A stretch of 59,333 nucleotides of DNA. Source: Octopus bimaculoides. Taxonomy: Eukaryota. A program made the translations under genes and the position numbers. Below are positions 1 to 11,675 of this stretch, in pieces. The notes below the pieces were generated by a model that worked only from the letters and a program-made list of their open reading frames with translations, was not told the origin of the DNA and made no database searches. Location of the stretch: positions 10,109,264 to 10,168,596 of the forward strand of contig NC_069001.1 of the NCBI RefSeq assembly GCF_001194135.2, written 5' to 3'. The stretch's first letter is position 1. The number at the start of each line of letters is the position of its first letter.

Positions 1-21
1 GGCGGTGCTCCAGCATGGCCG
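1..21 (+). mobile_element. 3' tail fragment of SINE family A (cut by window start)
   Basis: GGCGGTGCTCCAGCATGGCCG is identical to the tail of the family A copy at 4799-4819. Confidence 0.7.
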
Positions 22-90
22 ACGAAGTTAAATGACAAAGTTAAATTATCATCAACTCAAATATACATTCGTGCTATAGAAAATATATGA

Positions 91-368
91 AGGTGGCGAG
101 CTGGCAGAAGCGCTAGCATGCCGGTCAAGGGGTCATGGGTTCGAATCTCAGACCGGGTGATTTGTGTATTTATGAGCGAAATACCTAAGTTCCACGCGGC
201 TCTGGCGAACTTCTGCTGACTTTCTCGCCACAACTTTCTCCCACTCTTTCCTCCTGCATCTAGCAGCTCACCTGCGACGGGCCGGCGTCCCGTCCAGGTG
301 GGAACCTATACACCAATGAAACCAGGAAACCAGCCCTTATGAGTCAGACATGGCACGAGAAGGAACAA
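91..368 (+). mobile_element. Chimeric tRNA-derived SINE: family B-like head, family C body, V-domain-like tail
   Basis: Starts AAGGTGGCGAGCTGGCAGAA like family B; B-box GGTTCGAATCTC; body matches 2735-2860; tail CCTGCGACGGGCCGGCGTCCCGTCCAGG...GAAACCAGGAAACCAGCCC is shared with 35465-35530. Confidence 0.7.
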
Positions 369-1700
369 ATGACACATTAAGGTACTTTTTTATGAGTACT
401 ACCGGATTACTTGAATCCATATATTGTGACTTAAATACCCACACGCTGCATCTTTCAGAGCTTATCGTTAATTCATTTCGTAACTAAATAGAAAACTGTT
501 AAAATATTTGAATAGGTCTGATCCCTGACTACATTTTGGCATAAGAAACTTGAGATTTGATCTAGTAGGGAAAAGTTTACATCAAAATTTATAGCAACCT
601 TATACGAGATTACGTAACGCCACCAATCAAGTTTAAATCTAAATAACTTTTTTATTTTCAAAGCAATATATATATATTTATCTTAGTTTCAATGATAGAA
701 GAAGGCAAGAAGAATATCATAGTTTTGTTCACATGCAACAAAAATGTGTATCAAAGAAGTTATGAGGTGAAATATCATGAAAAAAATATATGGCAAAAAA
801 TTGGATTTAAATATAATTAACATTTTATTTTATTTCAATTGAACTTAAATGATAGAGCTCAATTCGAGGAATTTTATGATATCAATCTTATGCAATGAAG
901 TTTTAAAAGAAAAAAGTTATAACTGTTTGTTTCTCAAATTTGAGTGTGATAATATAGTTCGATGCCGTCTTATGAATATAGTTCTATAAGGGATGTTTAA
1001 TACATGTCACCGGCGTCATTGAGGTAACGAAACATTTTATCAAAGACACAGCTAATTCACACATTTGACACATTATTAATTAGCATAATAGCATAGCCTG
1101 GAAAACTCATGGATTACTTGGAAAAATGCGAACAAGAGAAATAATTTTCTTAAGATTCTGAACCTGGAAAAGTACAGAACAAGTTATTACATCTGGTAAA
1201 GTACAGAACAAGAACATTTTTACTCAAAATATTGCAGCTAATAAAAGTTTAATATGAAAAATTATTTGATTTTAATTTACAACGTAACATTATAATTAAA
1301 AAAGGTACCATCATTTTGTTAAAATATTGACACACCAGAATACTTAAAAAATAAGAGCCATAAGTACCAATATAACTAGTTTTATTCAAAGTAGAATAGT
1401 ATATATGGTAGGCAAATTCATTGGGTCGAGACTAAATATGTAAAGACTTGGCAATAATTTAAGCAATAACTAAAGCAAATATTACTGTGAATGTGTTATT
1501 ATAAATGGATTTTACGAAAATATATTACTATTGTTTGTACTATTCTATTTATTGTACTAACTATTTATGTAGTACTATTATTTTTTATATCCTATTTTCA
1601 AATTTATAATTATCAATTAATAAAGAAAAATTCATTTTCTTAAAGTGCAAAAATATTTTGCGTTATTTTAAATTATTTAATAAAAGTAACGAGTAATAAC

Positions 1701-1780
1701 AAATAAAAGTAATAACAAATAAAAGTAATAACAAATAAAAGTAATAACAAATAAAAGTAATAACAAATAAAAGTAATAAC
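1701..1780. repeat. Minisatellite, 5 perfect copies of AAATAAAAGTAATAAC (16 bp)
   Basis: Read directly from the sequence. Confidence 0.95.
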
Positions 1781-1810
1781 TTGTAATAACATTTTTCGTT
1801 NNNNNNNNNN

Positions 1811-1844
<34 letters not shown>

Positions 1845-2039
1845 ATGTATACCTATAATATAATAAAAGGTGAGAACTTACCCTATATTTTCCGAAGGTG
1901 GCGAGATAAACGTTTGACAAAGACTGTTTGGTATGAATAACCAAATATATATACCGGAAGTTAGCATAATACGAGACAGGTAAACTCGATCACTTCCTGT
2001 TAACGAGCAACGCAGGTAATCTCGTACTTCCTGTTAAAA

Positions 2040-2230
2040 TGGGGAGTGGGGAAGACAGCTGGAGCTTGGCGCGAATAGAACCAGAACAAGAGACGGAGCT
2101 GCATACGGGTTGGACCGTTCACCACCTACCTTCAAACAATTGAGGACTGGACATAATCTCCATATATGAACATTTGCTTCCCTGTTTGAACACTTTGTTG
2201 TTGCGATCAGAAGTTTACCCCTTTTTCTTA
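2040..2230 (-). mobile_element. Possible Penelope-like element relic (GIY-YIG C-terminal end)
   Basis: Minus-strand peptide [22 protein letters not shown] loosely resembles the recalled PLE motif KEAxHIxxxxPxLNRDxG; weak. Confidence 0.25.
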
Positions 2231-2251
2231 CATTATAATTTGTCTGATCGT

Positions 2252-2256
<5 letters not shown>

Positions 2257-2328
<72 letters not shown>

Positions 2329-2371
2329 CATTGATAAGTACATATATACATACATATATACATACATAGGT

Positions 2372-2412
<41 letters not shown>

Positions 2413-2430
2413 CATACATACAAAGATACA
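2257..2430. repeat. Compound microsatellite (TA)n/(TACA)n/(CA)n
   Basis: Read directly from the sequence. Confidence 0.95.
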
Positions 2431-2514
2431 TTCATACATACATACGTACAGTTTTACGTAGGGCTTTCGTGAAACAGATCTTACATGTAATTCGTCATAA
2501 AAATTGTGGAGTGG

Positions 2515-2590
2515 CTAAAATTTCCTCAAAGCGGTGCCGTAGCATGGCCGCAGTCTAATTACTGAAACAACTAAAAGAAAGATAAAAGAA
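2515..2590 (+). mobile_element. SINE family A 3' tail fragment
   Basis: GCGGTGCCGTAGCATGGCCGCAGTCTAATTACTGAAACAACTAAAAGA resembles the family A tail. Confidence 0.7.
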
Positions 2591-2668
2591 TCCTTTGATT
2601 ATGCCGAAATCATGTAGATGCGATAATGCACCGTTGCAGTGCATTACTGCATTCATCGTTTACAAATA

Positions 2669-3050
2669 GTGGAGGCGTAATGGCCCAATGGTTAGGGCAG
2701 CGGACTCGCGGTCGTAGGATCGCGGTTTCGATTCCCAGACCGGGCGTTGTGAGTGTTTATTGAGCGAAAACACCTAAAGCTCCACGAGGCTCCGGCAGGG
2801 GATAGTGGCGACCCCTGTTGTACTCTTTCACCACAACTTTCTCTCACTCTTTCTTCCTCTTTCTGTTTTGCTTGTAATTCAAATGGTCAGCCTTGTCACA
2901 CTGTGTCCCGCTGAATATCCCCGAGGACTACGTTAAGGGTACACGTGTCTGTGGAGTTCTCAGCCACTTGCACGTTAATTTCACGAACAGGCTGTTCCGT
3001 TGATCTGATCAACTGGAACCCCCGACGTCATAAGCGACGGAGTGCCAACA
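2669..3050 (+). mobile_element. Full-length tRNA-derived SINE family C (possibly octopus OR-type)
   Basis: A-box TGGCCCAATGG, B-box GTTTCGATTCC, central body and about 170-bp tail ending CGACGGAGTGCCAACA; inverted homolog at 11951-12372. Confidence 0.85.
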
Positions 3051-3130
3051 AAAACCATGTATATATCTTTCCAATACCAACACATATTCAATTGATTTCT
3101 ACCCGGTTCCTGTTCGGCAAATTCTTTCAG

Positions 3131-3142
3131 ACAGATATTAAG
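3131..3142 (+). other. Candidate 12-nt microexon ACAGATATTAAG
   Basis: Flanked by TTCTTTCAG and consensus donor AAG|GTAAGT; no other AG in about 45 nt upstream; splice signals only. Confidence 0.25.
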
Positions 3143-4244
3143 GTAAGTACATTCTACCCGGGGTCTTCAAATTATGACTACTCTCACAAGAAACTTTTAG
3201 GAATATTGTTGATACACGTTCAAAGAGAGGACGAAAACCACAAACCATTATTATGAGATACAACTAATCTCAGACATCCTGGTAGAAGCTAGCCACCCCA
3301 GGTATTCGGTACATAGGACCGAACGAAATTATTTACTCGGACTTCTTATCAGTACAGCATCGTCTGCTCCCATATCAAGGGAAGTAACTCGAGTGAGCTT
3401 ATTTGTATGTGTGTGTGTGTTGGTGCGTGTGTCTATATAGGCATGTGGGTGGTTGTATGCGTGTGTGTGTGTGTGTGCGTGCGTGTGTGTAGTGGGTGAA
3501 GTGCGTTTGTTCGTCTGTATGCTGTAGCGAAAGGAGAGAGAATATATCATGCTGATTATTGTGCTACAACAAAATATCTCTGTGTATGTGTGTGTGTATC
3601 TGCCTATGTGTCTGTGTGTCTGGCTGATGCATTTATCTATACGTGTATGCATATATATGCCCGTTTTAGGGTGTAAGCATGTTTTTTTTTTTTTATGCAT
3701 TTGTGTATTTTTGCTAGAGTGTGCTTCTCCGCGTGTGCTGCTTGACTCTGTGCGGGAGATCAAAGTTTGTAGTTTGTGGTTTAGCAGTTACTCGAAAACC
3801 ATATCGATGTGTTTCTTTTGTTATATATCCGCAGATCAACCACAATGCGCGAAAGAAGGGATCATTGACGTTCTAATAAGGAACCACCTACTCTTATTTT
3901 CAGAGTGTAGGCTCTAGAACGACACTATATAATATGTTCTTCCTCGTTTAATATAGCAGAGTATAAAATTAATTACTATGTTACAGACTTGAGCGGCCAT
4001 TTCTATACCCACCTCTTTAGTGGTAATAGTCTTAAATCTGTTATTTAAACTGAAACCAGATATTATATAGAGACATGATTATCGTTATCCCTACAGCGCT
4101 CAAAGCTTGTTCCGTACATGACGCCAGGGATCAATTTGAATTTTTATGTGTCCTTTGTTTAGAAACACCTTCGTGTATTGGTGACCAGTCAATGGTGCAA
4201 AAGAGCATCCAAATTAAAGTTGTTGTTGAGCAAGACTTAGCTGA

Positions 4245-4305
4245 CATGGTGGAGTCGAAGCGATCTAAACATTTCGTCCAGTGCGTTAGTAATTCTGCCA
4301 GCTCG
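4245..4305 (-). mobile_element. SINE family B head fragment
   Basis: CTAAACATTTCGTCCAGTGCGTTAGTAATTCTGCCAGCTCGC is the reverse complement of the family B head. Confidence 0.6.
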
Positions 4306-4381
4306 CAACAATAATACTGATGAGGGGAAAAATTTATACAAAATATATAATTCTTTCCTTTGAATGAATTTATTATATTAA

Positions 4382-4465
4382 GGGCATTATTATACGTAAA
4401 TGCCTCGCGTTGTTTTGACTTTAAGAATCCGTAATATCGTGAAGCATCTACTTGTAGTAATGCCC
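4382..4465. mobile_element. 84-bp MITE-like element with TTAA flanks (Kolobok-like termini)
   Basis: TTAA|GGGCATTA...TAATGCCC|TTAA; perfect 16-bp inverted repeat at 4374-4389 and 4458-4473. Confidence 0.4.
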
Positions 4466-4507
4466 TTAATATAATATAATATAATATAATATAATATTAC
4501 ATATATA

Positions 4508-4857
4508 CAGATAGGCTGTGTGGTAAGTAGCAAAATTACCAACCACATGGTTCAGAGTTCAGTCCCACTGCGTGGCACCTTGGGCAAGTGTCATCTACTA
4601 TAGCCTCGGGCCGACCAAAACCTTGCGAGTGGATGTGGTAGATGGAAACTGAAAGAAGCCCGTCGTATATATGTATATGTATATATGTGTGTGTGTGTTT
4701 ATGTGTCTGCGTTTGTCCCTCCAGCATCGCTTGACAACCGATATAATAAGTACTAGGCTTACAAAGAATAAGTCCCGGGGTCGATCTGCTCGACTAAAGG
4801 CGGTGCTCCAGCATGGCCGCAGTCAAATGACTGACACAAATAAAAGAATGAAAGAAT
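4508..4857 (+). mobile_element. SINE family A, near full length (tRNA-like head, CORE-like segment, internal microsatellite, conserved tail)
   Basis: GGCTGTGTGG A-box, GTTCAGTCCC B-box, GCACCTTGGGCAAGTGTC, GAAACTGAAAGAAGCCCGTCG, (TA)(TG)n, tail GGCGGTGCTCCAGCATGGCCGCAGTCAAATGACTGA. Confidence 0.9.
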
Positions 4858-5275
4858 ACATATATGTGTTGGGTGGCTGTGTGTGGGGTGCGTGTGTGTG
4901 GAACGGTTGTCGCCACATCAACATGGTTGTGCTGTAGGAACCGACGTTACATTTACTTTTCACCCCAGGAAGACGACTCCATCACCTGATTATTCAATGC
5001 AATCTGCACCCNNNNNNNNNNNNNNNNNNNNNNNNNNNNNNNNNNNNNNNNNNNNNNNNNNNNNNNNNNNNNNNNNNNNNNNNNNNNNNNNNNNNNNNNN
5101 NNNNNNNNNNNNNNNNNNNNNNNNNNNNNNNNNNNNNNNNNNNNNNNNNNNNNNNNNNNNNNNNNNNNNNNNNNNNNNNNNNNNNNNNNNNNNNNNNNNN
5201 NNNNNNNNNNNNNNNNNNNNNNNNNNNNNNNNNNNNNNNNNNNNNNNNNNNNNNNNNNNNNNNNNNNNNNNNNNN

Positions 5276-5306
<31 letters not shown>

Positions 5307-6054
5307 ATATTAAGAGAGAGATAGAGACTGACAGATAGATAGATAGATAGATAGTTATAGAGATAGATAGATAGACTGATAGATGTAATAACAGCAGGCT
5401 TACTGACTGATGGCCACAGCAGTCTCTACGTTAGATGTATGTGTTCGTGTGTTCGCCTCCGCCTTTAGACTTGCAAAACAAAACTTTGACCGTTGCCAAT
5501 AAAGATCTCTTTGGTTTGCATGTGTGATGTGTCTAAGCATTGTTTGTGAATGCACATCAATGTTTTCGACACTGAATATATACACACATATACACACATA
5601 CGCACACACACACACGCACACACATTCACATACAGACGCGCGCACCGCACACACACACACGCATTCACAACCGCACAAACACACACACAGACATGAAATA
5701 TGTACACGTGTTTCCTTGTTTATGTCCTGTGCGCGCGTGTGTGGTTGTTATGTTAATGTTTATGTGTGTAACTGCCCGCACCTGGCTTTGCTATCGATCT
5801 TTAATTGGTGATTTTCTACATTTAATTAATGAATTCGTATATGCGGACCAAAAATAATAATAATCGGCGTAATTAGCATGTTAGCATTGTCAGACAGAGA
5901 AGCTTGGTTCGATTTTTGCTATGCTACACTTGTACCAAAATGTATTNNNNNNNNNNNNNNNNNNNNNNNNNNNNNNNNNNNNNNGGATACAAGAGTAAGT
6001 GTAGGGAGAGAGGGAGATATATATATATATATATATAAATAGGTTGATATACTA

Positions 6055-6135
6055 TTAGATAGACAGATAAGTATTAGTTAGAGATATGTAGACAGCCAGC
6101 CAGTCAGACAGACAGACAGAGAGACAGACTGATAG

Positions 6136-6166
<31 letters not shown>

Positions 6167-6396
6167 GATAGATAAATAGGTAGGTAGATAGATATATAAA
6201 TAGGTAAATAGATATATAAATAGATGATAGATGGATGGGTGGATGTATAGATAGATACATACATATAGATATATAGATAGATAGATAGATAGATGCATAC
6301 ATACATACATACATAAAGAGAGAGAGAGAGAGATTCGATAATAGATAGATTGATGGATCGACGGATAAATTAATAGATAGATAGATAGATAGATAG
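6055..6396. repeat. (GATA)n/(GACA)n/(CATA)n compound tetranucleotide microsatellite
   Basis: Read directly from the sequence. Confidence 0.9.
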
Positions 6397-6819
6397 AACC
6401 TCAGCCTTGAACAAGTAAGACCTGAAATCAAAAGAATTAGTCGCTTTGGCTATCCCGCCATCTCATACAATATTCTCCAACTGGCCCCTCCCTTTACTAT
6501 ACTTCGCTGAAAAAAAGATAAATTTTTAATTAGAACTTCAGAGACTTGAATTTGTTTCCTGGAGACCTCCTCATTCACTCAATAAATTTTTAGCATGCCT
6601 GCCCAACAACTCATTGCCAAACGTGATATTTGGCCCTGATTAATTGTCGGAATATTTCTTTATCATTTATGTGTTATTTATTACAATCATTGGATTACGG
6701 ACTTGCCACTCATTCAGTAGTTTAGACGCCGCAGGGACGACAATTTTCAAAAAGTAACTGCATGAGATATAATTTATCATAGAAGTTTCCATTCGGAAAG
6801 TCCTGCGGTCAGTACGTTG

Positions 6820-6960
6820 GCGACGACTGTCTTAGTCGAACAAATCGACTGTGGTACATGTTTTAAGGACTGGTAGTCATTCTATTCCTGGCTTTTGTCG
6901 AATCGGTAATTTATGGGAACGTAAAGAAACGACCATTGCTTTGATAAATGGTAAGTAACG
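6820..6960 (-). mobile_element. Degenerate SINE family A 3' half
   Basis: TTAGTCGAACAAATCGAC...GTCGAATCGGTAATTTATGGGAACGTAAA is the reverse complement of the family A tail. Confidence 0.55.
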
Positions 6961-7115
6961 AACACAAACACAAAGAGACACACGTAAATGCATCTCTCCC
7001 TCCCTTCATCTCTCTCCCCGCTTTAAATATAGACACATTATGAAAAACCTAAATCGATATTCAAATCTTTTGGGATTTGCATCAGAAGCGCTTTCATCAA
7101 TAAACCCACATATAT

Positions 7116-7255
7116 ATGCATAGATGTAAATACAGCATTATGTGCACCCTTGAAACCCACAGAAGATTTGAGGAATGGAACTCTGCATGCATAGACGGAA
7201 ACAGCCAAAATGTACCAATATTTTCATACATGAACCATACTCCGTAGCATTATAA
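7116..7255. repeat. 140-bp direct repeat, copy 1 (identical to 12421-12560)
   Basis: Base-by-base comparison shows no differences over 140 bp. Confidence 0.95.
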
Positions 7256-7295
7256 ACCTCACACATATATACCTATAAATATATATATATATATA

Positions 7296-7905
7296 CTAGC
7301 AGCTAAGGCCGGTTTCACCCGGTCAGAGAACGACGCGAAGAGAGAAACGAAGACATAAAAAGAGGAAGAAGTGGATACGAAGTGGTGTTTGGGCGACGGG
7401 TCTTTGTAGAAAAAAAAAGAATGTCATGGTGAGTTAGTAAGGAGAGCAAATCAAAACTGGACTTACGTGGGCTGGCAGGACGATGAAAAAATTGCGGAGT
7501 TGAAATTGGAGCAGTTGAAGTAGCCGTTGTTATCATTGGAGTGCCTCTTGGTAGACAACATTCTTCGTCCTTCCCTCGGTTGCACAAATAGAAAGACCAT
7601 GGGGACAGCCACTGATTGTCCCTGCGCCTTGTTGATTGTCATGGAAAGCAGAGCTTGATGGGAAATTGCATCTGTTTAAACTTGTAGGTCGTATCGGAGT
7701 GGATAAGGGGCATGGGAGTTATAAGTATGTCTTATCCAGCGGCCAGTTCATTCAAGATTGTTGCCTACAGAACTCGGGAGCACAATTTTTTGATAATCAT
7801 CCGCGTACCATTGCACATTATTGGAGCATCTAAATACCTTAGCAGCATGATTGGCGCGCCAACTCTCAGATGCAGTTGGTGAGCTGGTAGTTCTGCGGGT
7901 TCCCC
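7296..7905 (-). mobile_element. Helitron 3' fragment: degenerate PIF1-like helicase C-terminus, 3' UTR and terminus
   Basis: Minus translation EPAELPAHQLHLRVGAPIMLLRYLDAPIMCNGTRMIIKKL...FKQMQFPIKLCF/MTINKAQGQS...TKNVVYQEALQ* with 2 stops and a frameshift; 3' hairpin CCGG-GTGAAA-CCGG followed by CTAG|T at 7296. Confidence 0.9.
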
Positions 7906-8050
7906 CTTTTCTCAGATTTGTCATGAGCCGGCCGGTCTATCTCAGATACATGGGAAGCTGGATTAAATTTTTCATCAACACAGGAGAGCCGAAATAAATT
8001 TTTTCAATGTCCAAGGGAAGCCAAATCGCGAAAAAGGTTGAGAAATGCTG
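7906..8050 (+). mobile_element. hAT (Charlie-like) non-autonomous element 3' end
   Basis: AAAAAGGTTGAGAAATGCTG terminus followed by ATCTATAA, close to the NTCTAGAN target consensus; 5' TIR not clear. Confidence 0.45.
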
Positions 8051-8464
8051 ATCTATAACGATGGTTTTTATTTAGGCACATCGTAAAAGTAATTATAATG
8101 AATTACTTAATATAAAGAAAAGTATGTTTTTTCAAGCAAATACAGTTAGAAAAAATATTTACCACAAGGAGAAAGAGAGAAAAAAAAATAACGCGTGTCA
8201 AAAAATTTTTTTTTCTCTAAAAAGTTTCAATGACGTTAACTGGAGTGTGCGGTTCGAGTAGACGTCATTCTACCTTTCGATTTATCATTACCATTCTTTT
8301 CGGTCGATTTTATTTTTCCTCAGCCCTTGGGGTTTTTTCTGTCCTTGTGTTGTTCCCTGTGTTTCTACCCTGTGTGGTTAATAAAAAGAAATTAAGTCGT
8401 CCGGTATGTATGTGTAGATGTGTATGCGTGTGTATGTGTGTGTGTGTGTGTGTTTAATAACGTA

Positions 8465-9150
8465 CCGTATATAGTATGTCGAGAAACGGATCGTTCTTGT
8501 GGCGTAAAACAAGGGAAGACGACACTTCAAAACGGTGTTTTTTTGTTGTTTTTCGCTTGTTGTTCAATTTGTGCGGCACCCATTTCTCAAGTACTTTTGT
8601 TTTTTTCAATCTCTTTCAAGTTGTTCGAAATTGTATACGTTACGTCTAATTCAGAAGAAAGCTCTCGAACAGTTGTGCGTAGATTGGCTTCCACTAGGAC
8701 TCTTAATTGATCGTTGTCAACATCTGACCTCTAAGCTTATCATCCTCAAGACTCTCGTCACCGCTACGAAATTTCCTCAACCATCATTGTGCTGTACGTT
8801 CATTAGTGGTTCCTGGGCCAAACGCACCGTTGATATCGCGAGCTGTTTGAGCAGCTTTTCGGCCTCGCTTGAACTGGAATAAGAAAATTTTGCGAATTTG
8901 CTTTTTGTCCACGTTGTTTTCAACGTTCCAGAAAAAATAGCCAAATTACTCAAAAAGAAGAAAAAGTGACGCGCTTACATAGAGCGAAGAATGGGCTTTG
9001 AAATGATATACAAAGTCAAAGTAATTNNNNNNNNNNNNNNNNNNNNNNNNNNNNNNNNNNNNNNNNNNNNNNNNNNNNGAAAATTAATTTGAAAATACAT
9101 CATTTATAACCAAAATTAAAGATTTTGCGAGAACTTCCTTGACACCCTAA
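8465..9150 (-). mobile_element. Mariner transposon 5' half (cecropia/Hsmar1-like), dead transposase N-terminus
   Basis: 5' TIR ATTAGGGTGTCAAGGAAGTTCTCGC with TA at 9151-9152; from 8912: DKKQIRKIFLFQFKRGRKAAQTARDINGAFGPGTTNERTAQ*WLRKFRSGDESLED / DVDNDQLRVLVEAN / KWVPHKL / RFEVSSSLVLRHKNDPFLD; stop plus frameshifts; catalytic domain absent. Confidence 0.9.
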
Positions 9151-9154
9151 TACA

Positions 9155-9210
<56 letters not shown>

Positions 9211-9217
9211 TATATAT

Positions 9218-9302
9218 TCTTTTCTTCTTTTACTTGTTTCAGTGATTTTACAGCAGTCATGCTGGTGCTTTGCCTTTAGTCGAACAAATCGACCGCAGGA
9301 CT
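9218..9302 (-). mobile_element. SINE family A 3' tail
   Basis: CTTTTACTTGTTTCAGTGA...TTTAGTCGAACAAATCGACC. Confidence 0.7.
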
Positions 9303-9351
9303 GGTTAGGACGAATGCTACTGCTGGTTAGCAGCAGGAAACATCGTCTCCA

Positions 9352-9710
9352 ACTGGCTTCCCAACCGCATGGTTTCCGACTATAGCCTAGAACCAAAGAA
9401 AGATTAGTGAATGGATTTGTAAAACGAAAACTGAGAGAAAACCGTCGTATATGCATATATGTATATTTATTTGAATAGTATGTATGTATGTATGTTTCTG
9501 TGATAATGTGTTTGCCAATTACCACCTTTTGATAACTGTGGTTAGTGCATTTAACTCCCCGAAACTTAGCGGTTCGGGGGAAAAAAGAAACATCGATATG
9601 ATAAGAGCTAGGGTGGAAAAAATACCATTGGGATCAATTGGTTCCACCCATATATTTCAAGGCGGTGCCCCAACGTGGTTGTAGTCTAACGACTAAAGCA
9701 AGTAACAGAC
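9352..9710 (+). mobile_element. Degenerate SINE family A
   Basis: CTTCCCAACCGCATGG, ACTATAGCCT, AAAACTGAGAGAAAACCGTCG, microsatellite, TTAGCGGTTCGG, AAGGCGGTGCCCCAAC in the expected order. Confidence 0.7.
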
Positions 9711-10056
9711 AAACGGAAGAAGATACGGCATCTCACAATGGCAATAAATACGTGTCCTGGTAAAATGGTAACACACCTGCGGTCACTCTGTTTGTCAGTT
9801 TCGTATTAACCACTCACTGAAACGTTTATATGATGGATTGAACAACAGAACAAATGAGTCTGTATGCGATAACAGGGAACAGAAAAATTAGTTTTCCATT
9901 ACGTTCTAACATCGTGTTATTGAGAAAGCTTAAATATTTATAATGAACGCTGATTCATTCGTCAGTTTTCAGAACCATCCTGCGCATTCAACATACATGC
10001 AATTTGTACACACACACAGACACACACATACGCGCGCGCGCACACACGTATATATA

Positions 10057-10247
10057 CTCTTTTACTTGTTTCAGTCATTTGACTGCGGCCATGGTGGAGC
10101 ACCACCTTTAGTTGAGCATATCGACCCCAGACCTTATTCCTTGTAAGCCTAGTACTTATTCTATCGGTCTGTTTGCCGAACCGCTAGCATACGGGAACGT
10201 AAACACACCAGCATCGGTTGTTGAGGGGACAAACACAGATGTGACAA

Positions 10248-10290
<43 letters not shown>

Positions 10291-10402
10291 TATATACGAC
10301 GAGCCCCTTCCAGTTTCCGACTACCAAATCCACTCACAAGGTTTTGGTCGGCCCGAGGCTATAGTAGAAGACCCTTGCCCAGAGTACCACGTAGTGGGAC
10401 TG
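10057..10402 (-). mobile_element. SINE family A, near full length (head runs into gap)
   Basis: Reverse complement of the 4508-4857 architecture including the internal (CA)n. Confidence 0.9.
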
Positions 10403-11675
10403 ANNNNNNNNNNNNNNNNNNNNNNNNNNNNNNNNNNNNNNNNNNNNNNNNNNNNNNNNNNNNNNNNNNNNNNNNNNNNNNNNNNNNNNNNNNNNNNNNN
10501 NNNNNNNNNNNNNNNNNNNNNNNNNNNNNNNNNNNNNNNNNNNNNNNNNNNNNNNNNNNNNNNNNNNNNNNNNNNNNNNNNNNNNNNNNNNNNNNNNNNN
10601 NNNNNNNNNNNNNNNNNNNNNNNNNNNNNNNNNNNNNNNNNNNNNNNNNNNNNNNNNNNNNNNNNNNNNNNNNNNNNNNNNNNNNNNNNNNNNNNNNNNN
10701 NNNNNNNNNNNNNNNNNNNNNNNNNNNNNNNNNNNNNNNNNNNNNNNNNNNNNNNNNNNNNNNNNNNNNNNNNNNNNNNNNNNNNNNNNNNNNNNNNNNN
10801 NNNNNNNNNNNNNNNNNNNNNNNNNNNNNNNNNNNNNNNNNNNNNNNNNNNNNNNNNNNNNNNNNNNNNNNNNNNNNNNNNNNNNNNNNNNNNNNNNNNN
10901 NNNNNNNNNNNNNNNNNNNNNNNNNNNNNNNNNATATCTGCTGTTTGTCTATCTGTCTGTCTCTCTCTCTCTCTCTATCATCTATTTATCTATCTATCTG
11001 TCTACCTATCTACCTATTTATCTCTCAATCTCTCCAACTGTCTTTCTGTCTGTATGCCATTCTATGTGTGTGTGTGAGAGAGTGTGTGTATGCCCCTGAA
11101 CGTGTGTGCGTGTTTGTGTTGGTGTGTGCACGCGCGTTTCTATGCCGTCTGTCAATCCTCTTTCTCTGTAGCCTTTCACTAGGCATTCACATAGCAATAG
11201 AGGCAAATTCTGTGTCTGTGTGTTCCACTCCATCAATTCACCGTGTCGCTTATATCTTAACAATGGAGCATACACACACACTCCGGACGTGTCTGCTGCA
11301 TTTCCGATACTAAATCTAACTTCACACCATGTCTGTGTGTCCGTGGCTATGTTATGGATTGTTTTGCTAACAGTTTTCGGCGGCCAGTGATTACTGGCTA
11401 ATCAGTTTCTATTAAAGTCCGCCTAATTAATTTATCTATTCTCACCTAATTTCTCACCAATAACTCATTAAGGTCTTACTTGCTGAAGAGAAAATAATCA
11501 TTTGCTATATTGACACAGCTAAATCACCCCTCGTCTACGTTAATTAATCCCATATATGTGTGTGTGTGTGTGTGTATGTACTCGTGTGCGTGTGTGTTTG
11601 TGTGTGTAGATAGAATGAAAGGTAGATGCTTTCGTGTGTGAGTGTGTGTGTATTTACATGTGTGTATGTGTGTGA

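Noticed and set aside
1701-1780. CRISPR-like array
   Set aside because: Contiguous identical units with no spacers, in eukaryotic context
2669-2745. tRNA gene call for SINE heads (also 4508, 12692, 48980, 52945)
   Set aside because: Acceptor and anticodon stems do not pair properly, and each continues into a repeated SINE body
4969-5011. Acceptor TTTTCACCCCAG followed by open frames (RRLHHLIIQCNLH or KTTPSPDYSMQSAP)
   Set aside because: It runs into a gap with no donor visible, and the peptide is too short to assign
7315-7587. ORF MCNRGKDEECC... with an apparent GTAAG donor as a host exon
   Set aside because: It overlaps the Helitron helicase C-terminus in another frame and its 3' UTR
8296-8326. 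Hammerhead ribozyme core on the - strand (CTGAGGA...GAAA)
   Set aside because: The intervening sequence cannot form stem II and no stem III is evident; at most a decayed relic. I found no intact hammerhead by eye in the window.
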